Shown piece after piece: positions 36,501 to 53,300 of a stretch of DNA of 64,000 nt. The notes beneath the pieces were generated by a model. It searched no databases. It worked only from the letters and a program-made list of their open reading frames with translations, and was not told the origin of the DNA. Position 1 is the stretch's first letter; each line of letters begins with the position of its first letter. Origin of the DNA: Macrostomum lignano (taxonomy: Eukaryota); assembly GCA_002269645.1 (NCBI GenBank), contig NIVC01002007.1, positions 62,001 through 126,000 of the forward strand. Direction: 5' to 3'. Made by a program: the position numbers and the translations under genes.

Positions 36501-36979
36501 TTCGATAGTGGTGGGTTTTGATAAAAAGTTTCTACCACAAACTAGCAGATCTGATGGCAGAAACATGCATTGAAGTACGAGTTTCACCCCAGGCAAATTG
36601 GTGTAAATTTCGCCACACAGAATGCGCGGCCACAAAGCGTGGTTTCGTGACTGGCAGTGATTATTGCTTGGCTTACTAACTGACTAGCCAAGCTTTCAAT
36701 CTGCGCACAGAGTAGAAACACAGCCTGCCACCCAGCACGACTCCAGCAGTTTCCGGTGACAGTGACAGTTGAGGATGAAATATACTATCTGGATCTGTCA
36801 TCGGGTCGTCAGGGCCCGCTCGCTAGCTGTCAATTTGAGTAGAGAAACTGTGAGAGCCTTGCGGCTGCGGGGAGTTCCAGCTACTGCAGGCTAAAGGCTA
36901 ATTGTACCCCGCTTCGGTGTCAGCACTTTCCGCGTAGAATTGATTCAATATCGAAGCTGCAGTGTGAATGAAGGGCAAG

Positions 36980-37800
36980 AGTAAGGGGGAAAGTGTGAGG
37001 GTAGAGTGTGACGGAGTCTTAGCGAGAGTCTGAGGGAGAGTCTGAGGAAGAGTGTAAGGGAGAGTCTGAGGAAAGTGTAAGGGAGAGTCTGAGGGAGAGT
37101 CTGAGGAAGAGTGTAAGGAGAGTCTGAGGGAGAGTCTGAGTGTAGAGTCTGAGGAAGAGTGTAAGGGAGAGTCTGAGGAGAGTCTGAGGAAGAGTGTAAG
37201 GGAGAGTCTGAGGAGAGTCTGAGGAAGAGTGTAAGGGAAGAGTCTGAGGAGAGTCTGAGGGTAGAGTCTGAGGGAGAGTCTGAGGGTAGAGTCTGAGGGA
37301 GAGTCTGAGGGTAGAGTCTGAGGGAGAGTGTGAAGAGTATCTGAAGGAGAGTCTGAGGGAGAGTCTGAGGAGAGTCTGAGGGAGAGTCTGAGGGAGAGTC
37401 TGAGGGTAGAGTCTGAGGGAGAGTGTGAAGAGTATCTGAAGGAGAGTCTGAGGGAGAGTCTGAGGGAGAGTCTGAGGAGAGTCTGAGGGAGAGTCTGAGG
37501 AGAGTGTGAAGAGTATCTGAAGGAGAGTCTGAGGAGAGTCTGAGGGAGAGTCTGAGGGAGATTGTGAGGGGAGAGTCGGGAGAGTCTGATAGAGAATCTG
37601 AGCTAGGAGAGAGTCTGAAGGAAAGTGTGAGGAGGCTGATCAGGGGAGAGTCTGGGGAGGTCTGAGGGAGATTGTGAGGGGAGAGTCGGGGAGAGTCTGA
37701 TAGAGAATCTGAGCTAGGAGAGAGTCTGAGGGAGAGTGTGAGGGAGGCTGATCAGGGGAGAGTCTGGGAAGTCTGAGGGAGGGTGCGAGAGGAGAGGGAG
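36980..37800. repeat. 12-13-bp purine-rich minisatellite (gagagtctgagg)
   Basis: Seen directly. Confidence 0.92.
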
Positions 37801-38789
37801 TAGAGTACGAGGTAGCACGCAGACACTATTAGTGAGAAGTTCCCAGGCCCTCATCTCAGTTCTCATTTTCAGCCGCAGTCCGCTTAAGTGGCAGCAGTTT
37901 CCATCATCATCAACAGCATCATCATGCCCATGCAATAATCCGATTTTAGCAGATTCGGTTCGGCTCGCGCCGAGCCGCTAAGAAAAATCATTATTGATAG
38001 TTTATAGGGTCTGGGACTATCAGGGTGGGGGCCGGAGCCGCGGTGTCGAGTCGATGAAGCGGAGGCTGCGACTGATACCCGCTATTATGGAGGGAAGCAG
38101 CAGATCTGTCTGTCCGCCGCAGCGAAGTTTCTATCCCAATAGCTCTCCCACTCTCTCTCTCCCCCCCTCAGCGTGTATGGAGAGGATATCGAGTCTGATA
38201 GGAAATTGAAATTCGAGCCCGAACTCGCCACACACGCTGGGGAGAGACGTGAAGTGAGAGAGGGGCGCGCGCCTGGGTGTTGGCTGATAGATATAGCTGC
38301 GGATGGGCACTTGGCAGTGGGAGTTTATCCCCAGCCAGAAATTGCCCCCCCCATACCCCAATTTTCCACTCATTAGCGACTGCGCAGCCGGAGTGTCCGC
38401 GGCGGTTTTGGGAGCGTCGGTGTGGCCGCTATGAATTCGGAGTCGCTGTCACTCCATCTCTCTGTTCCCCCTCTCTCTCAGTCTCCCTGCTCTCATAGAA
38501 ACCACTTGATACTCAGCAAGGCGGACCGAAGCTGCTGCTGCCGCCAGTTCATCATGAGCTGCTCTCTTTTCGTAGCCTTGGAATTTCTTGTGGGTCTTTT
38601 ATTTTGCTTGCTTGAATGAAACTCAGTTAATGTGTGCTTGTTTCTGTACCCTGACTGTCCGTGTGCTGTAGTCCGCTCCGAAGCTGAATCGACATTGAGC
38701 CTCTGTTTCTTGTATTGCTGGCAGCCTGCAACCGTCTCCATCCGCTTCTTCTGTTCGGCTATGAGCCTCTCCAGCAATTTCTGTCCCCT

Positions 38790-39080
38790 CCACTCTCCTC
38801 TCCTCTCCTCTCCTCTCCTCTCCTCTCCTCTCCTCTCCTCTCTCTCCTCCTCTCTCTCCTCTCCTCTCCTCTCCTCTCCTCTCCTCTCCTCTCCTCTCCT
38901 CTCCTCTCCTCCTCCTCTCCTCTCCTCTCCTCTCCTCTCCTCTCCTCTCCTCTCCTCTCCTCTCCTCTCCTCTCTCTCCTCTCCTCTCCTCTCCTCTCCT
39001 CTCCTCTCCTCTCCTCTCCTCTCCTCTCCTCTCCTCTCCTCTCCTCTCCTCTCCTCTCCTCTCCTCTTCTCTCTTCTCTC
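38790..39080. repeat. (CTCCT)n microsatellite
   Basis: Seen directly. The EERRG ORFs are artefacts. Confidence 0.95.
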
Positions 39081-39896
39081 CTCTGCCCTCAGCAACACCT
39101 AGCAGTGGTGCATATTCAGATCCCAATATCAATCAGTGTTGCAAACAAGAATAGCACTGGATCTGCCTTACCTCACCTCTCTACAAAATTGTCCACTTGG
39201 TGTTCGTATAAAACACGGCAAATCGCTTTGAACAATCTGCCCGATTGAGTAGACGAGAGGAACCCCCTCCCAGACCCCTATAGAAAGCTAACAAGAAGTT
39301 GTGGCAGGAGGAGGCGGATCGCAGATCGGATGTGCCCTGCTCCGAGTCCTCGGCCTCGTTGTTGTGACCACTTCAGAACTAGCTAAAGTTTTGCCTGCTC
39401 GTCGCCCGGAGCAAGGGGTCAACTTAAAATCAGGCTGCATATTGAAGTCAATGGGCTCTGTTCAAAAGTTTTCAATCCCGTAGACTGCTGGACGAGGTGC
39501 CGAAGCAGTCCTGCGAATCATTGTGCCACCCACTCAGCCGGTACATCCTGCTTGAGGCCTATTATTGAGCTGCTGGATGCCGCACGCAATACCCGACTCT
39601 GTCAGCTCGCAGCCTGGGGTCTCCGCCCTCTCTCTCTCTCTCTCTTTCCTCTCTCGCTGCGCTCTCTCAGTCTCGGAAGTTGTCGTCCAACCCCCCCTCC
39701 CCCGACCCTCTGCCGAGTTTAATCTCCCGGATCCTCACAAAAAGACGGCGGGGGGTCTCCCAGAGGCAGAGCTTCTCAAGTGAGGAGCGGGGCGGAGCCG
39801 TAGGATCTCACGGTTCTCCGATGGGTTTTGAGAATCTCGCAGCTCACGCTAGTGGGAATTAATGAGCGAGGAGGCTGCGCAGCTGAGCTGGAAGAG

Positions 39897-41440
39897 AGGG
39901 TAGAGATGGGTCAGGCTGGCAGAGATGGGTCAGGCTGTGTAGAGATGGGTCAGGCTGTGTAGAGATGGGTCAGGCTGGGTAGAGATGGGTCAGGCTGGGT
40001 AGAGATGGGTCAGGCTGGGCAGAGATGGGTCAGGCTGGATAGAGATGGGTCAGGCTGGGTAGAGATGGGTCAGGCTGGGTAGAGATGGGTCAGGCTGGGT
40101 AGAGATGGGTCAGGCTGGGTAGAGATGGGTCAGGCTGTGTAGAGATGGGTCAGGCTGGGTAGAGATGGGTCAGGCTGGGTAGAGATGGGTCAGGCTGGGC
40201 AGAGATGGGTCAGGCTGGGTAGAGATGGGTCAGGCTGGGTAGAGATGGGTCAGGCTGGGTAGAGATGGGTCAGGCTGGGCAGAGATGGGTCAGGCTGGGT
40301 AGAGATGGGTCAGGCTGGGCAGAGATGGGTCAGGCTGGGTAGAGATGGGTCAGGCTGGGTAGAGATGGGTCAGGCTGGGTAGAGATGGGTCAGGCTGGGT
40401 AGAGATGGGTCAGGCTGGGTAGAGATGGGTCAGGCTGGGTAGAGATGGGTCAGGCTGGGTAGAGATGGGTCAGGCTGGGCAGAGATGGGTCAGGCTGGGT
40501 AGAGATGGGTCAGGCTGGGTAGAGATGGGTCAGGCATGGAAGAGATGGGTCAGGCTGGGTAGAGATGGGTCAGGCTGGGTAGAGATGGGTCAGGCTGGGC
40601 AGAGATGGGTCAGGATGGGCAGAGATAGGTCAGGCTGTGTAGAGATGGGTCAGGCTGGGCAGAGATGGGTCAGGCTGAGAAGAGATGGGTCAGGCTGGGC
40701 AGAGATGGGTCAGGCTGGGAAGAGATGGGTCAGGCTGTGTAGAGATGGGTCAGACTGGTTAAAGATGGGTCGGGCAAAGTAAAGATGGGTCGGGGAGGGT
40801 AAAAATGGGTCGAGGGGGTAAAGATGGGTCGGGGAGGGTAAAGATGGGTCGGGAGGGTAAAGATGGGTTGCGAGGGTAAAGATGGGTCGGGGAGGGTAAA
40901 AATGGGTCGGGGAGGGTAATGATGGGTCGGGGAGGGTAAAGATGGGTCGGGCAAAGTAAAGATGGGTCGGGGAGGGTAAAAATGGGTTGCGAGGGTAAAG
41001 ATGGGTCGGGAGGGTAAAGATGGGTCGGGGAGGGTAAAGATGGGTCGGGGAGGGTAAAGATGGGTCGGGGAGGGTAAAGATGGGTCGGGAGGGTAAAGAT
41101 GGGTTGCGAGGGTAAAGATGGGTCGGGGAGGGTAAAAATGGGTCGGGGAGGGTAATGATGGGTCGGGGAGGGTAAAGATGGGTCGGGAAAAGTAAAGATG
41201 GGTCGGGGAGGGTAAAAATGGGTTGCGAGGGTAAAGATGGGTCGGGGAGGGTAAAGATGGGTCGGGGAGGGTAAAGATGGGTCGGGAGGGTAAAGATGGG
41301 TCGGGGAGGGTAAAGATGGGTCGGGAGGGTAAAGATGGGTTGCGAGGGTAAAGATGGGTCGGGGAGGGTAAAAATGGGTCGGGGAGGGTAATGATGGGTC
41401 GGGGAGGGTAAAGATAAGTCGGGGAGGGTAAAGATGGGAT
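39897..41440. repeat. Two abutting related 20-bp minisatellites (gggtagagatgggtcaggct, then gggtaaagatgggtcgggga)
   Basis: Seen directly. The switch is at about 40760. Confidence 0.95.
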
Positions 41441-41823
41441 AAAGTCTGGATTGATAATCAAGCAGTGGCCAGTTTATCATCTGTTCGGTCCTCAACTGTC
41501 CCCATCGTTTCTTTATCCGAGGATTCAACGCAGGATTAACGTCTCTCGTCGAGACGGGATCAAGAAAAAAGATATTCTCATGTTGCGGGATTTTAATCCC
41601 TTTAGCCATATCTCCATCTCAGTTCTCAGCCGAGCTGCTCATCCGATCCCATGAGAATTAGGGGGAATTCATCGGTAGAGGCTTGAGCTGCCCAAATGGC
41701 GTAATGGGATCGAGGATCATTGAGCAAAGCATGCGGAATCCCTTTCGCTGCTCAGGTGCTGGCCTGACAGATCGGAGGCTGTAATAACTCCTGATGAGGC
41801 TGTGGAGGCTGGGGCGGTAGTTA

Positions 41824-42447
<624 letters not shown>

Positions 42448-42957
42448 TCAGTCTAAATCCTCTTCTCTCCTTTTAAGATCGCATTTCAGATGGTCGTCGA
42501 AATTTTTTTTAAAGCTTTTTATTAGTGGCTCCTGTGCCGGTCAAAGATGGCCAATTTGGTTACCAGATGCGAGTCTCAGCCAGTCTCAGTTCTCAATGAG
42601 AATATCTTGATGGCATCGCAGAGAGACACAGAGAGAAACGCATAAGTGGCAGCCCAGCCCAACTTCAAACGGCATAATTGGCTTTTGTCCGTTTCTGCCG
42701 GAGGTTTCAGCCAGCACAGGCCTATCCATGTCCCCGCTCTTCCCTGCCTCCTGAAGTGGGGATAAGGATCCCCTTCTCATCCTTGTCTGAAGTCTCGTGG
42801 GAGAGTCGCCAAAGGATTTGAAGATCCTTGGCGGTCCCCGGCCTCACTTGCATTTATCTGGCAGAAGGGACCGACTGCCAGTTCCCTGGCCAAGTGGCTC
42901 AGGCTTAGCGAGTCCGGACTAATGAAGACCGTGAATCAGTTCCGGTGCTGGGTTGGG

Positions 42958-43340
42958 ATCACTCTCATTCACTCTCATTCACTCTCATTCACTCTCATTC
43001 ACTCTCATTCACTCTCATTCACTCTCCTTCACTGTTATTCACTCTCATTCACTGTCATTCACTCTCATTCACTCTCATTCACTCTCATTCACTCTCATTC
43101 ACTCTCATTCACTCTCATTCACTCTCATTCATTCTCATTCACTGTCATTCACTCTCATTCACTCTCATTCACTCTCATTCACTCTCATTCACTCTCATTC
43201 ACTCTCATTCACTCTCATTCACTCTCCTTCACTGTCATTCACTCTCCTTCACTGTTATTCACTCTCATTCACTCTCATTCACTGTCACTCTCATTCACTG
43301 TCACTCTCATTCACTGTCACTCTCATTCACTCTCATTCAC
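42958..43340. repeat. 10-bp minisatellite (cactctcatt)n
   Basis: Seen directly. Confidence 0.95.
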
Positions 43341-43905
43341 TGAAGAAGATCCGCAGCATCCGAAAATGAAGTCATTCAGCTGAGCACCTTTTGCCCGCAA
43401 CCAGGCTATTTATTGACACTTCCTTGCCGGCCAACTGTCCGAGAATTTCTGATTATCGGATCGGACAAACTAGGAGTCTGTGTGAGCAGCCCCGGCCACA
43501 AGTGGCCGGGCAATGGAGAGTCTTGCAGAGCCAAGTCCAGTCTATGCTGGCCAGCAGTTCCTTCCATTCGTAATCCGGTTAAAGAAGGAATTGGCCGCGC
43601 GGCCAAGATCTCTGCTTTCCGATAGGATGGCTGGGCCGGTTTATTGCGCCAGGCCGCGAGTAGCCGCGAGCGACTCCACAAATTTGCTGGCCGGGGTAGC
43701 AGTTGGCAAAATCTAATTCTTATTGACACTTGCCACTTCTCCTGGGGGGATGGACTTTGGCGTTTGGTCCGGTATCCTCTGCCCCGGTCTCGCAGGGCCC
43801 GCGACACCCGTCTTTTAGTCACTTGTTTGCCCACTGGCGCTCCCCGATCGGATTAATCCCCTTTTAGCCACATTGCCGATTTTTAATGCTGTAAGCAGAT
43901 GAATC

Positions 43906-45068
<1,163 letters not shown>

Positions 45069-45604
45069 GTCTGATTCCATTCTGCCTGTAAAAATATGAA
45101 AAAGTATCTGATGATAATCCAAAAATATAAATTATTACACATAATGGACAGCTCCCACCAGATCCCACATTCAGCCGCAGCGATAAACGGTTGATTTTGG
45201 CCACCCGGTTCCCAGGCTGATTAGGGATCGATCCCAGCCCGGATCAGCTATTAATAACGAGATTCCATGGGAGAGTAGCTGGTAAAATCGAATCGAAACG
45301 GATGAGGCGGACCAGCAGCTTCCGTGCCAATCTGGCTGACCGCTCGGGGATTTCTGAGGAGTTTTATCCCCCCCCCCCAATCCTTCGGATTCTTTCTTTG
45401 CGCCAACCGATTTGGATAATTGTTTACGCTGCCCGCTGCGCTTCGCTTTGTGGGGGATTTTTCGAATTTAGGGATCGCCTTGCAATAATAATACGGGGAT
45501 CGGACTGGCTCTGGGGGGAGGGGCAGCTTCAGTTCCCACGCTTCTGTAACTTCCTGCAGCTGCGACTTCGCTTGATTGCTGCGCCTGATAAACAGCGATT
45601 AGTG

Positions 45605-46385
<781 letters not shown>

Positions 46386-47250
46386 GGTCTGCCAGCCTCG
46401 GTGTTTCCTCATCGACTAATTCAGCTCTCTTTCCCTTTCCCGCGGCCGTTTTCCGCCATCAATCTATCCAAGTGTACCTATTTATCTTCACTTAACTCTC
46501 TCCTGTGATCTGTGCAGCCACCCAACCTAAACAGTTCCCCGTCTTCATCCTAGCAGTCCAGCATTATCGGCCATGTTTGCGTCGGCGGTAGCGGCGGTGT
46601 CAGGTTCAGCCAGGAGCGGTGGCTCCGGTGGGTGCCACCAAAAGAGGCCCGGGGGAAAAACTTTGCTCAGCCGGTGCCGTTCATGTTTCACGGCGGCTTG
46701 CATTGCCGACAGACTCGCCGATCGGCTTGAAACCCCTCTCGAGTGTCTCGGGCGTAATGAGGGCCGAGGCAAGTTTATCTGGGAGCAAGAAGTGGCCTAT
46801 GGGAAATCCTCCCAGGTGCCAAGTGGACGGCGGCAGCAGCCTGTTTATTGTCAAACCATCTTCACCCGATGGGCCTCTTTAACAGGAGGAGAGGAAATGT
46901 GCAAGGGAAATCTAGGCCGAAGGGATATTTGGGATAACAATCTGATTTGGGAGCTAAGTGAGCGATATTAAGGTCAAGATTTCGATGTGTTTATCGAGGA
47001 CCTTCACTCCGGTCCCTGAAGCAGCGGGGTTGTTAATCGGGGCTGCCGATGGCCGAAGTCAGCTCCTCTTACAGGTGTGGAGGTTGGAAAACAAGAAGGG
47101 CCTTCAAACAGTCGTGCAGACGTTCGCTTTCACTAGAGGCAGTTAGCGCCTGAAGTGGACCACCTTAATAAACGCTATTTCGATACATATCGGCAATCGG
47201 GATGATTTTCGGCTGCAAGTCTTGCCTCGTTAACTGAAATTCCCCACACC

Positions 47251-47658
47251 GACTGGCGCCACTAACACACACAGACTGGCGCCACTAACACACACAGACT
47301 GGCGCCACTCACACACACAGACTGGCGCCACTAACACACACAGACTGGCGCCACTCACACACACAGACTGGCGCCACTAACACACACAGACTGGCGCCAC
47401 TAACACACACAGACTGGCGCCACTAACACACACAGACTGGCGCCACTAACACACACAGACTGGCGCCACTCACACACACAGACTGGCGCCACTAACACAC
47501 ACAGACTGGCGCCACTAACACACACAGACTGGCGCCACTAACACACACAGACTGGCGCCACTCACACACACAGACTGGCGCCACTAACACACACAGACTG
47601 GCGCCACTAACACACACAGACTGGCGCCACTCTCACACACAGAATGGCGCCACTAACC
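47251..47658. repeat. 23-bp minisatellite (gactggcgccactaacacacaca), about 17 copies
   Basis: Seen directly. Confidence 0.95.
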
Positions 47659-48209
47659 CATCCAGATCATCCTACCTTATCCCGGATTTCTGTCTGCCTT
47701 TTAACATTCTCACCCTCTGCGGGTAAAACTGCCACAGGCGATGCAGATATTGATGGGGCCTCTTTAGCAAGTATCAACAGAGGTCAGCCAGTTAAAGCAA
47801 TGAAGCAGATTTCAAGAGTTTAATGTATTGCGTCCACGCTCGACGCTTTGAAGGTAACGCTACTATCGGCAGTTTAATGCCGCAGGGGGTGCAGAGGGTC
47901 TCAAAACTTCACACTGAAACCTTCATCACTTCTCTATCATATTATCACGCCTGGAACTTGCCAAGAGAGATAAGAATCTGTCTGTTACCTAATCATGTTG
48001 ATGATGACGAACTGGCAAAAATCTGATTTTAAACCTTGAGTTTAAGTTGAGCACGACTCCAAATAGACTTTGAGCCTATTGTCCCTGAGGGTTCTACCCT
48101 GGCAGTGTGCTCTGGTGGTATGTCATTGAAATCATGAGCTTTAATTCTGTCATTTCGTGTTTCAACTGTTTTATACCAGATGTATTGGTCCGAAAACTTT
48201 TCTTGATGG

Positions 48210-49460
48210 ATTTGACAGCATTTTCTGGACGGATTTGACAGCATTTCCTGGACAGATTTGACAGCATTTCCTGGACAGATTTGACAGCATTTTCTGGAGA
48301 GATTTGACAGCATTTTCTGGAGAGATTTGACAGCATTTCCTGGACAGATTTGACAGCATTTCCTGGACAGATTTGACAGCATTTTCTGGACAGATTTGAC
48401 AGCATTTCCTGGACAGATTTGACAGCATTTTCTGGACAGATTTGACAGCATTTTCTGGACAGATTTGACAGCATTTCCTGGACAGATTTGACAGCATTTC
48501 CTGGACAGATTTGACAGCATTTCCTGGACAGATTTGACAGCATTTCCTGGACAGATTTGACAGCATTTTCTGGACAGATTTGACAGCATTTTCTGGAGAG
48601 ATTTGACAGCATTTCCTGGACAGATTTGACAGCATTTCCTGGACAGATTTGACAACAATTTCTGGACAGATTTGACAACAATTCCTGGACAGATTTGACA
48701 GCATTTCCTGGACAGATTTGACAGCATTTCCTGGACAGATTTGACAACAATTCCTGGAGAGATTTGACAGCATTTTCTGGAGAGATTTGACAGCATTTCC
48801 TGGAGAGATTTGACAGCATTTTCTGGAGAGATTTGACAGCATTTTCTGGAGAGATTTGACAGCATTTCCTGGACAGATTTGACAACATTTTCTGGACAGA
48901 TTTGACAGCATTTTCTGGAGAGATTTGACAGCATTTCCTGGAGAGATTTGACAGCATTTTCTGGAGAGATTTGACAGCATTTTCTGGAGAGATTTGACAG
49001 CATTTCCTGGACAGATTTGACAACATTTTCTGGACAGATTTGACAGCATTTCCTGGACAGATTTGACAGCATTTTCTGGACGGATTTGACAGCATTTAGC
49101 GACAGATTTGACGGCATTTTAGGGACAGATTTAACGAAATTTTAGCGACAGATTTTACAGCATTTTAGGGACAGAATTGACAGCATTCAGGGACAGATCT
49201 GACAGCATTTTAGGGACTGATCTGACAGCATTTTAGGGACTGATCTGACAGCATTTTAGGGACTGATCTGACAGCATTTTAGGGACTGATCTGACAGCAT
49301 TTTAGGGACAGAGCTGACAGCATTTTAGGGACTGATCTGACAGCATTTTAGGGACTGATCTGACAGCATTTTAGGGACTGATCTGACAGCATTTTAGGGA
49401 CTGATCTGACAGCATTTTAGGGACACAACTGACAAATTTTTCTGAAGAGATTTGACAGCA
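48210..49460. repeat. 23-bp minisatellite (ggacagatttgacagcatttcct) grading into variant (gacagcattttagggactgatct)
   Basis: Seen directly. The 23-aa periodic ORFs equal 3 units and are artefacts. Confidence 0.95.
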
Positions 49461-50399
49461 TTTTAAGTTCAGATTCGATAAAAAATTCAATTTGCCTGCA
49501 TCAGCCAATTTCTGAACCATTCTCTTCTAGGAGCAACTCATTTTGCTTCACTCAGGAAGCAAATTTAACAGCACAGGAAGCAAGCAGTGCAGCGGATTGG
49601 CTTTTTGACAGCGGAAAGACAGTTATGCAGACATTCTCAATGGATGTTGCAGAATCTGAAAACAACAATAAGCGTTTATTCTCTGCATTGTCTTGCTCAG
49701 ATTTTTCTGTAGTTTTTTTGTTTTCACCAAGTTGCCCCGAGGCTGCTAGAAGGCGCCCGGAAGCCGGCTTCCAGAACAACAATCGTCCTTCCGCTGCAGC
49801 CTTTCTGCCTTGCTTCGGGGCATCAGAACGCGCGGCTTTTCAATTCTATCGATAGGAATTTCGGGGCCAGTTCCATGCGGGAAGCGGTCAGCTCCCAAGT
49901 GCCTGCAGCAATGAGGACTTCGTGGTGGCATTGTTTGCTCTTTCACTCAATAAAAACTTGAAAAACCCCCCAAACTTCCCGCTGGCAGAGTGCTGAGCAG
50001 AAATATAGCAGTTGGGCTCAGATTTAGACAGAAACAATGGACAGATTGATTGAATGAAAGTTCTGCAATGTTTTAACTTGACTTGATTCTTCCTAAGCAA
50101 AAAACCCCGCCCAGGGGGGAATGGGGTGCTCGTCAAGGTGAAGTTAGGATTAATTGGATGACAAATAAGCAGAATTATTTGAGTCACTTAGCAGCTTGCG
50201 TGCTCAAGTCTGCCTTGCCGAGGCTGAGTTGAAAGTCTTTGCTGGAAAACAAAGATTAGGATGTAAAATGATGGGCTTTAGTTCTGCCAGTTGATACAAT
50301 ATAGGTTGTGTAGGCGCTATAGTCAATCGCATGGACACTCAGGGAAAGGGTTGTGCATGGCTGGCATGTGTCTGCGACCGAAACAGAAGTGCGAGAAAG

Positions 50400-53300
50400 A
50401 TGAGATGAGATGCAACAGAGAAATGAGATGCTACAGAGAGATGAGATGCTACAGAGAGATGAGATGCTACAGAGAGATGAGATGCTACAGAGAGATGAGA
50501 TGCTACAGAGAGATGAGATGAGATGAGATGAGATAAGAAGCTACGGAGAGATGAGATGCGATGCTACGGAGAGATGAGATGCGATGCTACGGAGAGATGA
50601 GATGAGATGAGATGAGATAAGAAGCTACGGAGAGATGATATGCGATGCTACGGAGAGATGAGATAAGAAGCTACAGAGAGATGAGATGAGATGCTACAGA
50701 GAGATGAGATAAGAAGCTACAGAGAGATGAGATAAGAAGCTACAGAGAGATGAGATGAGATGCTACAGAGAGATGAGATAAGAAGCTACAGAGAGATGAG
50801 ATAAGAAGCTACAGAGAGATGAGATGAGATGCTACAGAGAGATGAGATAAGAAGCTACAGAGAGATGAGATAAGAAGCTACAGAGAGATGAGATAAGAAG
50901 CTACAGAGAGATGAGATAAGAAGCTACAGAGAGATGAGATAAGAAGCTACAGAGAGATGAGATAAGAAGCTACAGAGAGATGAGATAAGAAGCTACAGAG
51001 AGATGAGATAAGAAGCTACAGAGAGATGAGATAAGAAGCTACAGAGAGATGAGATAAGAAGCTACAGAGAGATGAGATAAGAAGCTACAGAGAGATGAGA
51101 TAAGAAGCTACAGAGAGATGAGATAAGAAGCTACAGAGAGATGAGATAAGAAGCTACAGAGAGATGAGATAAGAAGCTACAGAGAGATGAGATAAGAAGC
51201 TACAGAGAGATGAGATAAGAAGCTACAGAGAGATGAGATAAGAAGCTACAGAGAGATGAGATGCTACAGAGAGATGAGATGCTACAGAGAGATGAGATGC
51301 TACAGAGAGATGAGATGCTACAGAGAGATGAGATACTACAGAGAGATGAGATGCTACAGAGAGATGAGATGCTACAGAGAGATGAGATGCTACAGATAGA
51401 TGAGATGCTACAGAAGGATGAGATGAGATGAGATGCTACGGAGAGATGAGATGAGATGAGATGAGATAAGAAGCTACGGAGAGATGAGATGCGATGCTAC
51501 GGAGAGATGAGATGCGATGCTACGGAGAGATGAGATGAGATGAGATGAGATAAGAAGCTACGGAGAGATGATATGCGATGCTACGGAGAGATGAGATAAG
51601 AAGCTACAGAGAGATGAGATGAGATGCTACAGAGAGATGAGATAAGAAGCTACAGAGAGATGAGATAAGAAGCTACAGAGAGATGAGATGAGATGCTACA
51701 GAGAGATGAGATAAGAAGCTACAGAGAGATGAGATAAGAAGCTACAGAGAGATGAGATGAGATGCTACAGAGAGATGAGATGCTACAGAGAGATGAGATA
51801 CTACAGAGAGATGAGATGCTACAGAGAGATGAGATGCTACAGAGAGATGAGATGCTACAGATAGATGAGATGCTACAGAGGGATGAGATGAGATGAGATG
51901 CTACAGAGAGATGAGATGAGATGAGATGAGATAAGAAGCTACGGAGAGATGATATGCGATGCTACGGAGAGATTAGATGAGATGAGATAAGAAGCTACAG
52001 AGAGATGAGATAAGAAGCTACAGAGAGATGAGATAAGAAGCTACAGAGAGATGAGATAAGAAGCTACAGAGAGATGAGATAAGAAGCTACAGAGAGATGA
52101 GATAAGAAGCTACAGAGAGATGAGATAAGAAGCTACAGAGAGATGAGATAAGAAGCTACAGAGAGATGAGATAAGAAGCTACAGAGAGATGAGATAAGAA
52201 GCTACAGAGAGATGAGATAAGAAGCTACAGAGAGATGAGATAAGAAGCTACAGAGAGATGAGATAAGAAGCTACAGAGAGATGAGATAAGAAGCTACAGA
52301 GAGATGAGATAAGAAGCTACAGAGAGATGAGATAAGAAGCTACAGAGAGATGAGATGAGAAGCTACAGAGAGATGAGATACTACAGAGAGATGAGATGCT
52401 ACAGAGAGATGAGATGCTACAGATAGATGAGATGCTACAGAGGGATGAGATGAGATGAGATGCTACGGAGAGATGAGATGAGATGAGATGAGATAAGAAG
52501 CTACGGAGAGATGATATGCGATGCTACGGAGAGATGAGATAAGAAGCTACAGAGAGATGAGATGAGATGCTACAGAGAGATGAGATAAGAAGCTACAGAG
52601 AGATGAGATAAGAAGCTACAGAGAGATGAGATGAGATGCTACAGAGAGATGAGATAAGAAGCTACAGAGAGATGAGATAAGAAGCTACAGAGAGATGAGA
52701 TAAGAAGCTACAGAGAGATGAGATAAGAAGCTACAGAGAGATGAGATAAGAAGCTACAGAGAGATGAGATAAGAAGCTACAGAGAGATGAGATGAGATGC
52801 TACAGAGAGATGAGATACTACAGAGAGATGAGATGCTACAGAGAGATGAGATGCTACAGAGAGATGAGATGCTACAGATAGATGAGATGCTACAGAGGGA
52901 TGAGATGAGATGAGATGCTACAGAGAGATGAGATGAGATGAGATGAGATAAGAAGCTACGGAGAGATGATATGCGATGCTACGGAGAGATTAGATGAGAT
53001 GAGATAAGAAGCTACAGAGAGATGAGATAAGAAGCTACAGAGAGATGAGATAAGAAGCTACAGAGAGATGAGATAAGAAGCTACAGAGAGATGAGATAAG
53101 ATGCTACAGAGAGATGAGATAAGAAGCTACAGAGAGATGAGATAAGAAGCTACAGAGAGATGAGATAAGAAGCTACAGAGAGATGAGATGAGATGCTACA
53201 GAGAGATGAGATAAGAAGCTACAGAGAGATGAGATAAAAGCTACAGAGAGATGAGATGAGATGCTACGGAGAGATGAGATAAGAAGCTACAGAGAGATGA

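Noticed and set aside
38493-38790. Minus-strand exon QKLLERLIAEQKKRMETVAG..
   Set aside because: It is preceded by a purine-rich (GAGAG)n tract rather than a polypyrimidine acceptor, has no recognisable homology and has no partner exons.
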